From Trichodelitschia bisporula (lineage: Eukaryota), in the NCBI GenBank assembly GCA_010356995.1, contig ML996699.1:589697-653696 (forward strand): a stretch of DNA of 64,000 bases. Reading direction: 5' to 3'. Within the stretch, counting starts at the first letter, position 1. Every line of letters starts with the position of its first letter. The translations under genes and the position numbers were made by a program. Below the pieces are notes generated by a model. That model was given only the letters and a program-made list of their open reading frames with translations. It was not told the DNA's origin and ran no database searches. Below, piece by piece: positions 24,706 to 36,594 of the stretch.

Positions 24706-27140
24706 TCCATTTTCCTTTACCGTGTAACACTGTTTGGGTATCGAGGTCGGATATCTTTTTGACACGCTTAGCCGCCACTCCCGGGAACCTCTTTTGTGTA
24801 TGCATGGCACGTGGCGTTTTACAACGGCGGGAATGTCGTTTGCTGAGTTTCTCTTTGCAGGGTTTAATTGATGTTAGAAGGGATGTACGCGCGGCGAGTT
24901 GAGCGGGAGGGATATTTCCAGCCAGCTCCTCGCCTCTCATGTCCGGCCTCACTCATTCCCTCGAGGCCGGCAAGTAGAATCCGGGGGAGGGGAAACAAGT
25001 TCGGCGCTGGTGGCGTTTTTTTTGGGTATTACTGAAGCGGGACTCAAGGGCTGGGTCGAGGAGTGAATGCTTGGCTATGTCTCGTCCTCCTTTACACGTT
25101 GATACCGAAATGGGTGGAGTGCGAGCATGATTCTGTGAAGACAAACGGGAGCCTATACCTCGAGAGGGAATGATGAGAGAGCCTTTGGTATGCGCTCTGC
25201 TTGTCCTCCCGTCAGGAGTGTTGTATCTGAAAATAATTAGTGTCTATTCTCTCCTGTTTGTTTCTCACGCATGAGGATTCATGCCGTTCTGTTTCACTTT
25301 AGTAAAGGCTAATATCGCCCATACTTTCGTTCCATCTCCACCATCGCCGACCTCCGTCTGCCGACGTCTCCACGATCCTCAACCCCTCCAACCATCCTTC
25401 CCGGCGCCATACCGCCACTCGTGGTACACGGATCCTCTCCCGCCGTCTCGGGCGTTCCGGCGACAGGGCCCGGCTTCAAGGTTGCGTTCCGATCTGTCGC
25501 ACTGGGATCGTTGGCAGGCTGTCATTATTACACCATACTACAGGTCGCACAGGCGCTCGCTTAAGTTCTTGTCGGTGTACTGGAGGCTGCAAGCCTTCGG
25601 CGGCACCTTTGACTGCAGTGTAAGGTTGCAAAGCCCATGTCATGGCGTGTCATTGCATCGGAATGATGTTGTGTATGACGGCGCGCCGGGGGTGACGTGT
25701 AATGGAAGTTGGGGCTGGAGGCGGGGTGAGGTTTGGGGGGGTTGCCTTCGGTGAAACCGTGGATCGGTGAGCCAGAGGTCAAAAAGAGCGAGAGGTGTTT
25801 CTTCTGCGCTTGCTTACCGACAAGATTCACTCCAACGAGGGCCTGACTTGCTCAAGAGATATCAACAGGTTTCCATCCCGCTTCGGGAGGGCCGGCCGGC
25901 CTAGTGGACGGTCACAAAGGGTGCTGGCCTTAGCAGCTGCAGTGCTGCGAGGTCATGTCTAGATATAGACATGGACGGTTCTGCAGCATGATGTCGTCCC
26001 ACGCATGCCAACTCGCGATGTTGGGTTAGAGTTGCATGCTAGCCATGCCCCGCCCCGGCGAACGGCTATGAAGTGCAGCAGATCGGGACATAGTTCTTGA
26101 GTAGGCTTAAGTAGGCTAATCCCAGGGGTTGTTTATCGAATTGGGCTGCTGGTAAGTGGCGGGGGAACTGGGGGCGTTTTGGCGGATTCTTGAGATCGGG
26201 TTGCTTGAGGGGGGAGATTCATCCTGCGGAGGATTCTGCAGAGGAATCCTTTGGGGTCCGGCTATGGGAAGTAATAACCAGGCGTGCAGGGTATATAGTA
26301 CGTAGTACGATATCTTTACGGTAGGCGCGTAGTCAAAGGATGAAAAAGATGACATATCAGCCCGTGAAAGAAGCCACACCTATAGTGATAAGGCAGGAAC
26401 GAGGCATCAGGCAGAAACAGCGGCTTCTCGAGCTGAACATCCCCACCACAACTCACCTCTCACTCTATCTCATCGTCACCGGCGTCTGCGTCTGAACTCA
26501 ACAAGCTCTGGAACTATCGAAGAAGAGATACTAAGCATTCCAAAGGATTGATGATTCTTCAGTAGTGCTGTACCAAAACTGATTACACTCTGAAAGGTAC
26601 CGGATGACATTCCATATCCAGCACAATGTCACTACCACGATGCCTGCCCATCTTGAAGATCTCGAACGAAAGCATAGGGCCAGGACTTTTGGCTGGCAGT
26701 GTTGAGACTAAATAAAAATGGCAATAGTGGTTGGGCTATCGAAAGCCCCAGATTTCTATTCTGTATCAGCAAGACCGTGCGCTCCCTCGCAACCTGAATA
26801 TTACTGAGGGGATGCCTGGCTATGGATCCTTCTCTATAGCGCTGCTCAGTGCCCGCTCGTACCTCTCGGTGTTCAATGGCGAGGCTTCCTTCGCGACTTG
26901 ACCGGCCGAGCCCTGAAGCCAGCTTCGCCATTGGGGCTAGCGGGATATCAACGCATATTAAAATCGTCCGAGCGCGAGACGACATTTCACCAGGTTGCAT
27001 TCCTCCTGAATATACTCGACGATGGCATACATGCGTCGAATGTCCGCCCACGCGGAGCCCCGCAAGCTCCTCCAACCTCTTCCCATCTCGACACGACATC
27101 TCTTCGCAAGCCGCGATGAGTGCTCGACAATCACTACACA

Positions 27141-29680
27141 ATGGATAGGACGCCGCGATGTTGCCTCGCTACCAGTTTTTTACTGGCGCTTTCAATGAGA
27201 TGGGCCGAGTCGGCGACCTCAGTGCCCGCCGGCCTCCAAATCTCTTCGTCCTCTGAAAGCCCATCCACGTTGACGCGCGTCTACCAGCGTCCTCCGCAGC
27301 ATTTGAACTCTTCCGTTCCGTCCCTAACATCGGAACCACCGAAACTTGCCCCAGCGACGAAGGCTGCTCCCCCTAACAGTCCTAGCGGTCCTATTGTAGT
27401 CCCGTACGTTATGCTCTGCATCATTTGATTTTCGCCCTAACTTGAATTGCAGATACTCGCAATACTGGGAAGGAAGCGACGGCCAATGGTAAGGCGGTTC
27501 CCATTATAATTTGACATCCTCTGACCCGGCAGGTCATCCTTTGTCCTACAACTAGGCGAGCGGGTTACGCAAACGATTCGAGTGTTTCCATCCACAAGTT
27601 TGTATCAGACCTGGGCGGTCGCGCCGGAAGGCTGTCCCGCGAACCTGTCACAGACGTTGAATTGTCCAGAGTTGAGAGGCGGACTGTATAACAGCAGCGC
27701 ATCTCTCTCATGGGTCGCGACCACGATATATAAAACCGACAACGTTCAGTTTGTGGGCGCGTACTATAAGGATGTCGTGGCGCGCCAGGGTTTCGAAACG
27801 GTCTCGTTCGGCTACCCGTCAACTAGCAACCCCGAAGTGAAGCACAGCGTCGTCGGCATGTACTCACACCTGTACTTTTCACAGCTGGGGCTGTTGGGAC
27901 TGGACCCAAAACCAACAAATTGGTCCGACATGTCGGGAATGCTTTCACCTCAGCCAAGTCTGATGGAGTTGCTGGTACGGGACAAGAAGATCCAAGCCCG
28001 AGGGTTTGGATACGCTGCTGGAGCATATCACCGTAAGTTCTTGCCTCAATTTCAAGGCCTTGCGCTCACATTTTAGGCTCGGCTTATGGCAATCTCGTGC
28101 TCGGGGGTTATGACAAAGCCCTCTTCAAGGACAGCAAGACGAGATTTCCATTTTGGCAAGACGTTGAAACGCCGCTCAAGGCCTATCTCAAGCAGATCAC
28201 GGTTGCAACAGATGAGAACGCTGGTCCTGGCACGGTGTCTGTTCTCGACCAAACCGCCAACCCATTGCCTACCAGAATCGACTCCACCCAGTCCTTCCTT
28301 TACCTCCCGAGCGGTATCTGCGATCAAATCGCCAAAGCCTTTGGTCTCAAATGGGACCCACTTTCCCGCTACTACTTGATCAACAGTACTATCGACGCAC
28401 GGCTCAAGGCGAGAGAGGCCTATATGAGCTTCAATCTAGCATCATCTCAAAGCTGGGGCACGAACGTAACTATCAAAGTCCCCTATGCGGCACTATCCCA
28501 CAAGTTAACATGGCCCCTAATGGACGATCCGACACCTTACTTCCCTATCCTTCCCGCCTCGTCCCCGGATCAGTACATGCTCGGTCGCGCTTTCTTACAG
28601 GAGGCATACCTGGTTGCCAACTACGAGCGCAAAGAGTTCTCCCTGCACCCCATGATCTGGCCCCAGCCGGAAAATAGTCAAGTCGTGTCCCTCCCCACCG
28701 GCCCCGGGACCTCCACATCCGAACCCACCCCAACCGGTCTCGGAAAAGGAGCCATGGTAGGTGTCATAATCACAAGCATCGTCGTCTTTCTCGCCCTGCT
28801 CTCCGTCGTCCTCTGGCTCGTGCGCCGCCGCCGCCAGAAGCAACAAAAGAAAATCCCCACCCCACCCCCCTCACCCCCTCGCTCTCCAACCCCGGACCCA
28901 GACCTAGAAGCCAAATCCCCCTCCTCACCCACATCCCCCACTTCCAAAATCATGGAACTCGACTCCGCCGTCGTCCATGAATCAGACTCCACCCCGCTCT
29001 CCCCCCGCCAAGAACTCGCCGCCTTTTCCTCTCCGATCACCAGCCGGGCATCCCCCATTGCCGAGCACGCCTGGTACAAAGAAGTCGAGACGACCGCGGG
29101 GCACCGCGGCGTAGAGCTGTACTTTGAACTAGACGCCGACCAAGCGCCGGGGACCCTCGGCTCCAACGCCACGACGCTCGTGAACTCCCCTCCCTCCACG
29201 GTGAACGGCCTCCTCAGCCCCATCCCTCAGACTCCGGCCGAGTACTATGCCCGACCTCCCCGGGCGCGTTGGCCGCCCCGGGACCCTGCGAGCCCGATTC
29301 CGCAGACGCCGGCGGAGTATTATGGGCGTGAGAAGATGGGCGACAGGCTGGCCGTCCAGCAGCAGGCGGGAGATTTGAGTCCCATCCCTGTGACGCCGTT
29401 GGAGTTTTATGGACCGTTTTCACGTGGGGGATGGAGCGGAACACCGGTGGGGGTGGGGTTGGAGCAGAAGGCGGAGGGGAAGGGGGAGAAGGGAAGCAAG
29501 ACTTGGGTTGGAAGGGCGCCGGGATTGCCAAATGTTGTGCTTACGCCGGCGACGCCGGTGACTGGCAAGGGGGAGAAGAAGGGGAGCGAGATCGATAGTG
29601 TTAATGAGAAGGTGGAGAAAGCAGAGGCGGACAATGACAAGAAGGAAAAAAAGGGAGGGACAAGGGAGGCGACCGCATAG
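27141..29680 (+). CDS. Membrane-anchored pepsin-like (peptidase A1) protein, 4 exons, probably catalytically degenerate
   Basis: Signal-peptide-like N-terminus; introns 27404-27452, 27489-27532 and 28033-28076; motifs WEGSDGQWSSF, NLVLGGYD, IDSTQSFLYLP and LGRAFLQEAYLVANYER; transmembrane helix followed by RRRRQK. Confidence 0.82.
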
Positions 29681-29914
29681 AGAAGCTGGAAACGACATTG
29701 GAATGAGTGCTGGGAATAGGTTGGGTTGACTTGGAGTAAGAGATATCCGTGTACAAAGGCGTTTGGTATGGTTTGAAGTGAGACTCTCTCACTCGTTACG
29801 CTATGCAAGATAGTCGCAATTCATAGCTGTCGGTGGCACGATTCAGGCAAGGCAGCGATAAGTTCAGCGGATAGATTTCAATTGGCTATCTACCCAACTG
29901 CTCGGCGTTCCCGT

Positions 29915-30482
29915 TTACTCGTCATCCTCCTCCTCAGCGTCGTTCATGACGTTGAAGAAGCGGAGCTCGTAAACACCCTTGGAGGTCGAGACCACGCGAA
30001 GCCAGTCACGAAGCTGCTGCTTCTTCAGGAACTTCTTGGTCCTGCCCATAGTAAGTATGCCGTGGTGGCGCATTGCTTTGGAAAGACGTACAGGTACTTG
30101 AGGTACCGGCCGGAGAACTCCTGGTGCGCAACCACCTCGACCTTGCCATCGCCAATCTGGGAGATGGTGACAGTGTCGCCGAGGTTACCGGTGCGGCCGT
30201 CAACCTTGATACGGTCGTGGAGGAACTTCTCGAAGGCCGAGATGTCGAAGATTTTGTCGTTGACGGGTTGCGAGGCGTTGATGATGAACTGGAAGTCAGT
30301 TAGCGGCGGCGCACATATGCCGACACGATCGCATACCTTCTTTGTCACCTTCGCGCCCTTCTTCGCACCCTTAGGAGCAGCGGTCTACACACGAACATAC
30401 ATTTAGCCTACTGTTCTCAAGGCCAAAGACGGAGTAACGTCTTTGGCTGACAGCAAAGCAATGTACGTACAGTTCCAGCCAT
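29915..30482 (-). CDS. RPL22: 60S ribosomal protein eL22, 4 exons
   Basis: Introns 30470-30385, 30336-30289 and 30091-30042. Spliced protein MAGTTAAPKG...[29 protein letters not shown]...[25 protein letters not shown]...EEEDDE. Confidence 0.96.
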
Positions 30483-32261
30483 TGTATGAGAGTAAAGTAC
30501 GCAAAGAGGTTAAATATCCTGCGCGTCAAAGAGGAATTGTCGGTTGTGAGCTTGAAGGGAACTTTTTCGTCGGGTCTGGGATTTTGGGTGGGTCGGGATC
30601 ACGAAGTGGTGCCGAAATTCGGAAGCGGACAACGATTTTCCGGGAAGGTGCCGTGGGTGCGGAGGCACGAGCAACAACAACCACTCTAGCCCAGATGCAA
30701 CCCGCAAATCCGTCGTGACTTTGACGGGACGGTCTGGTAGCAGCCAAATTTCAGCAAACATCAGCTTATTTGGCGAAATGGTTGTGCCTCTGACGAAGCT
30801 TGCAAGCCTTTGCATTTCTGCTCTCATGTATAAGGTTAGCTTAAGTTCCCACGGTTCCTGATGACCCGTTCACCAGTTACAGTTTCCAGCCCGAGATGCT
30901 CATTTGAGGGCTACTGACGCCTGCCGTAGATGGAGGCTTAAAAATAGCCGACGTCGGCATGCACGTCACTTGTTGAGCAGCCAATCCCTCTCTCTACCCA
31001 TAGCGAGCGGAATCGCCTCCTCCATGTTGTATCCGTTTTATTGCTCCGAGCGAGTTTTACGCCCATCATCCATCGCACAAGAGGAATCACTCTCGTACAG
31101 CGTAAGGTGACATCACGCCTGACCTCCGTCTGAAATTTTCGTCAGCCACACGGAAGGCATCTTAATGCGAATGACCTAAGGAGCAGGTTTCCCCGGTCTT
31201 ACATATAGTGCTCCCTCGGCATTCCATCGCATGGCCTATTTTCACCGTTGCCACTTACTATCGGCTGAACCAATGGCTCCGTTTCGAATGCCAGCTTGCC
31301 GACGATCATGTCGCCGCTGCGGACTCCGTCAAAGATTGCTTTGATGGACCCGGATCACCCATCATACAACGGCATGCTATATGCTAAAAATACGGACCAG
31401 AAACCAGATGCCAGGCCAAAGCATCTTGGACAGTGCTCCTCAATACGCTACGGTCTAGACTTCGACCCTATGCCTCTGTTTCTCCACGGCCAGCGCCTCT
31501 CTATGGATGGCCGGAGGTTACCATCTTCGCCTTCAGCTGTTTCGGCGACGCCTCCTCCGCGTCTTCACGCAAAATTCAGTTCTGGACGGACTTCTTGTCA
31601 CTTTCAATTTCTGAAGGGTGCTTCTCATACGGGGTTGCTTTGCCTTTCTGGTCACATTCGACCATCAGTTAAGTTAATGTTCCACGCCATGATGTAGTAT
31701 CACCTGTCAGGCTCTCAACCCGAGCGGTAAGCCACATGGTATTGATGCGCATCGGTCCACGGCAATCGACGCTCTAGAGCGTCATATGGCAGGTGGCGTT
31801 GGCTGCCACTGCCTCACACCATGGCGCCACGCAGAGCCTATCAAAGATGGATCGCTATGTGCAACCCCAAAGCCGGCAAAGTGTTCCTTCGTCGCTGATC
31901 TGGTTCCAATTTCCGGAGAGCCAAGGTAGCGAGTGGCACGAGCCGCTGTGCAGCCAGGCCAGGCCCGGCTAATTGATATGGTAGATTAATTATACGGACG
32001 CCGGAGGAGTCTAAGCTTCTGGCTGCGCATGAGATGTGCTATTGCAACAGTCTTGGTGATCATGAGCCCGGCAACAGTCTAGCAGCCGCTCGGTGTGGCC
32101 GTGATACTTTCCTGGGCATTCAGTTCGTCCCAGGCTTTATATGGCCCGCTCGCCAGCTCATTGATACTGTTCATTCAGCTCAACCACCATCCAACTTTCG
32201 CACAGACATCCTCCCATCACATCCAACCTATTCACTCCCTCATACCACACGGCCTATCACG

Positions 32262-32693
32262 ATGCATATTTCCATCTCTGCTTTCCTTTCCGGCGCCATC
32301 CTCATCGGCGCCGCTGCGGCTGCTCCCGTGGCTCATGAGCCCAACGAGCCTTACCGCCCTCAACCATATCGCGGCGGCCACGACGACTGGTCCAAGTGGG
32401 GCACTGTCAGTGCCGGCATCAGCGGACCCTCGACCATCACGACGAAGGGCTGGGGCGGCAAGGAGTCGCTCGGCGTCTTGAGCTCCTCCTCCGAGATCAA
32501 CCCACTCAACAAGCGCCAGATAGATACGACGTTGGGCAACTCTGGTTCAGCAAGTCTTGGGGATCTCGGCACCACGGTCGTCATTGACGGTGGAGATCAG
32601 GGGACGACTGTCATCGTCGGTGTACCTGGCGAGACTACCTCAACGTGGTCGGAGTGGTCCGACGCATCTGTTTCGATTCCGCAGGGGAAATGA
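32262..32693 (+). CDS. Small secreted protein (143 aa) with a Kex2-like KR site
   Basis: Signal peptide MHISISAFLSGAILIGAAAA-AP, coding-like codon usage, internal LNKR|Q, G/S/T-rich, no Cys. Confidence 0.7.
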   Translation: MHISISAFLSGAILIGAAAAAPVAHEPNEPYRPQPYRGGHDDWSKWGTVSAGISGPSTITTKGWGGKESLGVLSSSSEINPLNKRQIDTTLGNSGSASLGDLGTTVVIDGGDQGTTVIVGVPGETTSTWSEWSDASVSIPQGK

Positions 32694-33194
32694 GTGGTGG
32701 ACGATGCTGAATTGGTTCGCGACGCATGCATCTTTGCCTCGTATCGGCTTTGTCTTGGGGATTTAACTTGAGATGGGACGAGATATTCCTGTTCTTTGTA
32801 CATAACCTTTTGAGTGTGAATCAAATACTCGTAGCGTTCTGAGGAAGATGTCGTACTTGCCGTGAACCGCTGGTATCTGATCTAGGCTTCCTAAGTCATC
32901 AGATAGCTGTACAGCAATAGGAGACATATTGCTGGTTGTATCGTCAAGTGCGCTATGGGGAATGCGGCGGGCAGTTGCGGGGTACGCGCTCAGCCTTATG
33001 GTGGTGGGCCAAGTGCGTAAAGTCGCAACCTGACGCGCGTCCCACGCGCCCTTTACGTTTGGCCATTCGAGATGCTGAGCAACCTGGCCCTCATCATCCT
33101 GGCAGCAAAGATCCCACAGCACCACATCATAACTTACTTCTAGTAACCCTAGCGACCCGGGCAATGCGCGCTGCTTCGTTCATCTGCCTTCACT

Positions 33195-35347
33195 ATGGCC
33201 AAAGCCATCCCCGAAGCTAAGGCGCTGCTGCCCAAAGACCCCGCCATTGTCGACGATGACGACTGGCCCATCTTTCGCCTACGCGACGTCGAAGTCACCG
33301 CGCCCGGCGGGAAACTGACGAACCTATTGCTAGTGAGCGAGCATAACCCTTTGACCGTCGTTGGAGTGTTGGAGCCCGTCGAGCGCGCGTTGTCGCATCT
33401 CTGTGAGTAGCCGTCCGTTTGCAGCGCCTTCGATACTGCCGAGAGCGCATCTGAAGCCTGGCTAACAACTGTGGTTCGTAGTACTCCCTCCTGCGAAGGC
33501 GAAGAACGTGTCGCTGATAGTCAAGAATGTGACTCAATTCTCCTACGGCGTCTACGAGAATGGCGACGGTGATATCTGGGCTGCTGGCGCCGCGGGCTGG
33601 TTCCGCATCAAGCCTGCTCCGGCGTACGAGGACATATTCGAGCACATGCTTGAGGGCGTACACCTTTTCTTCTTTCTGGTCGACTGCTGTAATGTCTATA
33701 CCAAGCAACCTACGGCCGTTGAAGTCTTCAACCGAGTGAGTCTTCCATGAAGGATCGTGTTCGTAGAGTGGCACTGATACCCAGGCAGTATGCGAAAGCG
33801 CATAATATTACGGAACAGGAGGCGATAGAGAGATTCCATGCCCACGAGTTCTTTCTGGCTTCTCGGATGGCGAAATGCGTCGAAGGAATCAGATGGGGTC
33901 ACACAGGCATCTACCAACACCTTCGCCGAGCAAGACCACATGCTTTCCTTTCTAACCCCGCGCTTACTGCGCAGGTACCGACCAAACCTTCTGCAGCTCC
34001 AAAACCTCCCGCCGCTCCAAAACCTCCCGCAGCTCCAAAACCTCTTGCAGCTCCCAAACCTCTCGCAGCTCCTAAGGAAGCGATGCCTCCTCCACCCCGC
34101 ATAGTCCGACCTCCACCTCCGGCTCCGGCTCCTAGCGATGAACGGATTCAGCGTCGTTCGCTGCGCAGAGCTGGCGCTAGCGCAGACACACTTACAGTTT
34201 CCACGAGAACACGAGGAGGACTCTCGAGCAAGCAGAGCGAAGCGCAGCGGGTAACGACAATCAAGGAGAAGAGCAAGGCTCTCTGGAAGTTCCTACAGAA
34301 AACTGCGCGAGAGCGGAGCATGTATCCCCCAGATATGACCATCGACCATTTTGCGAGTTTCCTCTGGCAAACATATGCTCTGGATAGCGATACGCAAGCG
34401 GCGAATTATATCAAGTACCACGCTGCGGATTTGGTTCCGTACATGCAGTCACGCCACCGCCGCGCTTACGACTGGGCGGAACTTCCAATTTACGCTGAAC
34501 TACTCGACGCACGCCTACCACCCGCCACGAAAGGAAAAATGGCCCAACTCGAGCTCGTCCTCCGTACAGAACCCATGATCCCTGACGAAGATGATGAAGA
34601 GGAAGAGGAAGAGCCTGTCACTGACTCCGACTCCGAAGTGGTAGAGGAACCCGTCGAGCAGCCAAAATCCGTCCTCCGGCCCCGCGCCTCCAAACTCCCC
34701 GGCAAAGGCAAGGGCACCACGCGCACCGGCAAGTCCTACAAGGGCCCGGGCAACAGCGACATCGAAGTCATGGAGATTGATTGTACGAGTCGCAACAGTA
34801 CGCCGCGCCCGCACACCGCCGGCAAGCGCAAGAGCCCTACACATGCCGATGATGAAAATCCCCGCAAGCGGCTTACCCGCTCCCAGGGCGCAGTTCCGCT
34901 AGACCTCAATATTCCCCGCCGCACTCGCGCACTGGCTATCCGTAAGAAGCCCTCCTCCGAGCCCGCGTCGGACTCGGAAGACGAGGACGACGAGCAGGTC
35001 GTTATTGCGGGCCCGGTGGCGAGGCGCAGGCCGGGCGCGGGCGGCGTGTGGCGGTGTATGCACGAGGAATGCGGTCATATCATTTATGGAGCGGAGGACG
35101 AGGAGGGGCAGGACGAGGTGCGGGAGCATCTTGCGGAGCATGAGCGGGAGCGGAAGATTGATTTGGTTATCAATGAGGAGCTGAGGACGCGGTTGCCTGT
35201 CAGGTATGTTTTTTGCATCTTTTCACGCCTCGCGTTACTGACCGGTGAAGCAATCTCCTCAAGCGCCTGCGCGATTTCTCGGCCATGCAGAACGGCGCCG
35301 CGATGGACGCTCAGATCTTCCCTGATCCCATCGTCAGACGGGTGTGA
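33195..35347 (+). CDS. RFTS (DNMT1 replication-foci-targeting) domain protein with C-terminal C2H2-like finger, 4 exons
   Basis: Introns 33403-33481, 33736-33788 and 35204-35250. N-terminal DDWPIFRL...FSYG...IWAAGAAGWFRIKPAPAYEDIF resembles the fungal RFTS domain; C-terminal CxxxxC...HxxxH and LPVSNLLKRLR. No methyltransferase domain. Confidence 0.75.
33993..34076 (+). repeat. 18-bp coding tandem repeat, about 4.7 copies (AAPKPP/AAPKPL)
   Basis: gcagctccaaaacctccc-like units at 33993, 34011, 34029, 34047 and 34065. Confidence 0.9.
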
Positions 35348-36594
35348 CCAGCGTTGCTGAAGGAGGGACGGCGTTAGCGATACCCGGACTCGAATTTGGG
35401 GGTATGTTTGTTGCACGGCGTATCAGTATATGGAAGTTGCTACCTTAGTCTGCCCTGCTTTCTACTTGCACTTGGTGTTCAGCTACGGCCGGAATGGGGA
35501 TGGGAACATGGCGAATGTACACTACGAGATAATGAGCCTGGTATGTATGTCGTGACCTACGGATCTAGCCAACTTGTATCCGATCCACCGTCATATTTTT
35601 TCTCGCCTCCTCCAGCCTCGCATTTTCGTGGACATGGGCCTGTCTATATCGGTCACGGCGGCATTCCAGGGTGCACAATGCCTTACCCCGCTCAGCTACG
35701 TACCGCAATGACCCCGCACAGACGTAGACCCGCACGACCATCTCGTGCGCCCACAGCAGCCGCGCGATCTGACACAGGTATGAATCATCGCACCGAACAT
35801 CATACCAATCAGGACCGGAGATTTCCAGCACTACATCGGTTCACCAGGCACCAACGCAGGCGGAAGTAGTAGACATGTAGGTTAGCACAGCCCGCAGCGG
35901 CCGTTAATGTATTGCCTATTCTATCGGAAGCGTTATGTAGAGCGGAAGCAGACAGCGCGAAAGACCCGACAAAAGCCTTCAAACCGATCCACACCTGCCT
36001 ACACATCGCGCTCCGGGAGAGAGAGAACAAACACCTCGGCAACCTTACCTTTCGTCCCTTTCCGTAGAAAAAGCAGAAGCGCACGCCGTAAGGAAAGGAA
36101 GGAATAGCCAAGGGACATAGACTGGACACCCTGTTGTGCAGTGAAATCGACGCCGGGGATATGGGGGTAAAATGTGAGTAAATGTGAGTACTGGGGATGT
36201 GGAAAGCGGGGGATACATGTGTGCTAGTGGTGGTATTATGTAATTCGTTTTCCATTCTGTCTCGTTGCGGTCATGACGAAGGGGTACAAATGTCGCTCGG
36301 TGATGGGGGAAAAGAGGCGGGGTGCAGTGCGAGCGGGTGTGGTGGGGGGAGGGGAGGAGTAATGAGGGGAGCTAGCGGTGAAAGAGGGGATAAGGTAGTG
36401 CATCTCGCTGGGTCACAAAGTTAAGAGCAGCAAACAGAGCGCCCCACAGAAGCCAGCGTCCACCATAATCCCGCTCCAGTCCGCTCAGTCCCCGTAGCAG
36501 CCGTTGCCACTAGAACTCCGAAGTGCAGAGCATCGGTGCAGATGGCGGGTAATTCGTTTGGCATACACTAACTTAAACACTGCAGGACAGCTGT

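Noticed and set aside
25170..25231. ATGATGA...CTGA pair resembling a C/D box snoRNA
   Set aside because: No terminal stem and no rRNA-complementary guide recognised.
25281..25754. 157-aa ORF downstream of the MFS gene (similarly 31296-31697 and 42398-42733)
   Set aside because: No recognisable domain or splice support; cannot be told apart from chance ORFs or old relics.
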